Shown in pieces: positions 62,043-64,000 of a DNA stretch of 64,000 nt. The notes beneath the pieces were generated by a model. The model saw nothing but the letters and a program-made list of their open reading frames with translations, was not told the origin of the DNA and searched no databases. A program made the translations under genes and the position numbers. Numbering within the stretch: the first letter of the stretch is position 1; each line of letters opens with the position of its first letter. This DNA is from an uncultured bacterium (GTDB lineage Bacteria > Patescibacteriota > Minisyncoccia > UBA6257 > GWB1-50-10), in assembly GCA_963713955.1 (NCBI GenBank), contig OY970216.1, forward strand, positions 506,252 through 570,251, read 5' to 3'.

Positions 62043-62441
62043 TTGAGAGTGATAGACAAGAACCTCGATGGTGCACCCGAAAGAATAATAATTAATAGTG
62101 ACGAGGCGTCTCTAAACCGCTCTTTCGAAAACAGCAGTCTTACCCTCAACCCGATGGAGGAGATAGTCGAACAAAATGAACTCACGCCTAATGAAGCGAG
62201 GGAAAACATCAAGGTATTCGACATAATGAGGGGGCAAGACCTCGAAACTCTCCTAAAAGGCAAAGATATTACAGCTCTACTGAGGGGCTTCGATCTAAGA
62301 ACCGGGATCAAAAAAGAAATCGCCGAAGATCCTAATGATGGAAAATCGGTTGATTTGGTGGGGGGTTTTACTTCCTATTACCAAAGAATCTTGACTGCAG
62401 GCTTAAGCACTCTGGAAAAAGAGGCAGAAGCAGATAAATAA
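62043..62441 (+). CDS. Hypothetical protein (non-ATG start possible)
   Basis: ORF of 132 aa downstream of the IS. No motif recognised. Start codon uncertain. Confidence 0.25.
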   Translation: MRVIDKNLDGAPERIIINSDEASLNRSFENSSLTLNPMEEIVEQNELTPNEARENIKVFDIMRGQDLETLLKGKDITALLRGFDLRTGIKKEIAEDPNDGKSVDLVGGFTSYYQRILTAGLSTLEKEAEADK

Positions 62442-62486
62442 TCCCGATTTGCACCCGAATTAATAAAAGGGTACGCTAAACGCGTA

Positions 62487-64000
62487 ATGTTCCAGTTGAT
62501 TTCTAAAAATAAACCTGCCGGTGATCAGCCGCAGGCGATTGAAAAACTGGTTTCCGGTCTCAAGAAGGGATACGAGAACCAGACGCTTTTGGGGGTTACG
62601 GGATCCGGGAAAACCTTTTCGATTGCCTGCGTAATCCAGGAAATTCAAAAGCCAACGCTCGTCATAGCGCATAACAAAACCCTGGCCGCCCAGCTCACGA
62701 ACGAACTCCGGGAACTTTTCCCGCATAATTCCGTGAATTATTTCGTTTCCTATTACGATTACTACCAGCCGGAAGCGTATATCCCGACAACTGACACATA
62801 CATTGGTAAGGAAGCGATGATCAACGACGAAATCGATAAGCTGCGCCACGCCGCGACGGCGGCGCTTTTGACCCGGAAGGATGTGATCGTGGTAGCTTCA
62901 GTCTCCTGCATCTACGGTCTCGGGACACCCGAAGTCTATGCCGAAAACATCATGAAACTCGAGCCGGGAACGAGGATCAATCGTCACGAACTCATCAAAA
63001 AACTCGTGGAATTGCAGTTCTCGAGAACTACCGCAGATCTCAAACGAGGCACGTTCCGCGTGAGAGGCGACAACTGGGAGATCATGCCGCCGGGCATCGA
63101 GAATATCTACAACCTCGAACTCAAAAATGGGATCATTGAGAAAATCTACGAAGTGAATCCCGTAGAGGGTTTCAAGCCGGGATCGACGCCGACTGTCCCG
63201 AAGGTCTACATCGCGCCGGCAAAACATTTTATCACTCCGCCCGAGGACCGCGACCGGGCGCTCAAAGCCATCGAGATTGAACTCAAGGAGCAACTCAAAA
63301 GATTCGAGAAAGAAAATAAACCGCTCGAGGCCGAGCGGCTTGAAAGAAGAACCAAAGCCGACATGGCGATGATCCGGGAAGTCGGTTACTGCAACGGCAT
63401 AGAAAACTATTCGCGGCACCTCTCGGGAAGAAAAGCTGGGGAGCCGCCAGACACCCTCCTCGATTATTTCCCTTCCGATTTCCTCACCGTCATCGACGAA
63501 TCGCACGTGACGATCCCGCAACTCGAGGGGATGTACCACGGCGATGCCTCACGCAAGCGAACGCTTATCGAATACGGTTTCCGCTTGCCGTCGGCCGCTG
63601 ACAACCGACCCTTGCGATTTGAGGAATTCAAAAAAAAGATTCACCAATCCATTTTCATGTCCGCGACGCCGGGACTCTACGAAATCAAAATGTCCGCCGA
63701 AAGCGCCAGACATTTTGCGCGGACTAACGCGGACAAAACGCAGACCGGCGCGGAAAAAGGTGTCCGCGACCTTCAGCGTAAGATCGGCGACTATCTGCGA
63801 CTACCCGGGGTAGTAGAGCAGATCATTCGGCCGACCGGCCTTGTGGATCCTAAAATCACCATCCGGCCGGTCAGGGGACAGATCCAGGACCTGATACCGA
63901 GGATAGAAGACAGAGTCGCCAAAAAGGAACGGGTCTTGGTTACGACATTGACCAAGCGGATGGCCGAGGATTTGAGTGCATACCTCGAAGAAAGGAAGAC
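62487..64000 (+). CDS. uvrB: Excinuclease ABC subunit B, N-terminal ~500 aa (3' end outside window)
   Basis: QPQAIEKLVSGL, Walker A GVTGSGKTF, beta-hairpin region YYDYYQPEAYIP, DESHVTIPQ (DExH). Not in the ORF track because no stop occurs inside the window. Confidence 0.9.
   Translation, partial: MFQLISKNKPAGDQPQAIEKLVSGLKKGYENQTLLGVTGSGKTFSIACVIQEIQKPTLVIAHNKTLAAQLTNELRELFPHNSVNYFVSYYDYYQPEAYIPTTDTYIGKEAMINDEIDKLRHAATAALLTRKDVIVVASVSCIYGLGTPEVYAENIMKLEPGTRINRHELIKKLVELQFSRTTADLKRGTFRVRGDNWEIMPPGIENIYNLELKNGIIEKIYEVNPVEGFKPGSTPTVPKVYIAPAKHFITPPEDRDRALKAIEIELKEQLKRFEKENKPLEAERLERRTKADMAMIREVGYCNGIENYSRHLSGRKAGEPPDTLLDYFPSDFLTVIDESHVTIPQLEGMYHGDASRKRTLIEYGFRLPSAADNRPLRFEEFKKKIHQSIFMSATPGLYEIKMSAESARHFARTNADKTQTGAEKGVRDLQRKIGDYLRLPGVVEQIIRPTGLVDPKITIRPVRGQIQDLIPRIEDRVAKKERVLVTTLTKRMAEDLSAYLEERK

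Noticed and set aside
1-64000. CRISPR arrays, rRNA genes, prophage integrase/phage structural genes
   Set aside because: I found no regular direct-repeat/spacer array, no 16S/23S/5S-like sequence next to the tRNA-Ile/tRNA-Ala pair or anywhere else, and no integrase, terminase or capsid-like ORFs. The only transposase is the IS3 at 60819-61960.

Overview
The window is a 64-kb bacterial chromosomal segment that is gene-dense and has little classical Shine-Dalgarno signal. The S5->L15 junction lacks an L30 gene, many genes appear leaderless (TATAAT 7-10 nt upstream of ATG), there is a type-IV-pilin/LamG fusion, and small repeat elements are abundant. I infer from this that the organism resembles the Candidate Phyla Radiation (Patescibacteria). 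Core content, in order: (1) the 3' part of the S10/spc ribosomal operon, running rplP(partial)-rpmC-rpsQ-rplN-rplX-rplE-rpsZ-rpsH-rplF-rplR-rpsE-rplO-secY-adk-map. After map comes a 593-aa cysteine-rich protein of unknown function in place of the usual infA...rpoA block. (2) topA and dprA on the minus strand, pilus-like genes and a stand-alone tRNA-Ile/tRNA-Ala pair. (3) rplS, a LAGLIDADG endonuclease gene that overlaps tRNA-Leu, and a first CYTH-NUDIX-glycosylase-NUDIX cluster. (4) A znuABC-like metal uptake operon and a YhhQ-family transporter. (5) A Ni-superoxide-dismutase/SodX pair. (6) A gyrB gene carrying a 432-aa intein with an HNH nuclease domain. (7) rplJ-rplL and tRNA-Val. (8) The cell-wall cluster mraZ-rsmH-ftsL-ftsI-murF, tRNA-Glu, rmuC, dedA and secA. 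(9) A second cluster of HD, three NUDIX, a cytidylyltransferase, CYTH and DUF1653 genes. (10) mltG, rsmI, a glycosyltransferase/DUF4012 polysaccharide cluster and lepA. (11) An accessory patch made of a GIY-YIG gene, a composite tRNA-Gly locus, an AT-rich HEPN-like gene, an XRE regulator and an IS3-family insertion sequence. (12) The 5' part of uvrB. The most unusual structures are two tRNA loci (Gly and Ile). In each, a complete tRNA gene sits inside the separated 5' and 3' pieces of a second tRNA of the same identity. The Gly case has a 5-bp direct repeat and terminal inverted repeats, like a miniature transposable element. Two further items stand out: families of short palindromic/REP-like repeats sharing a 40-nt identical core, and a candidate small RNA complementary to a hairpin in the secA leader. 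No CRISPR array, rRNA gene or prophage was seen. All functional calls rest on motif recognition by eye and should be confirmed by database searches.
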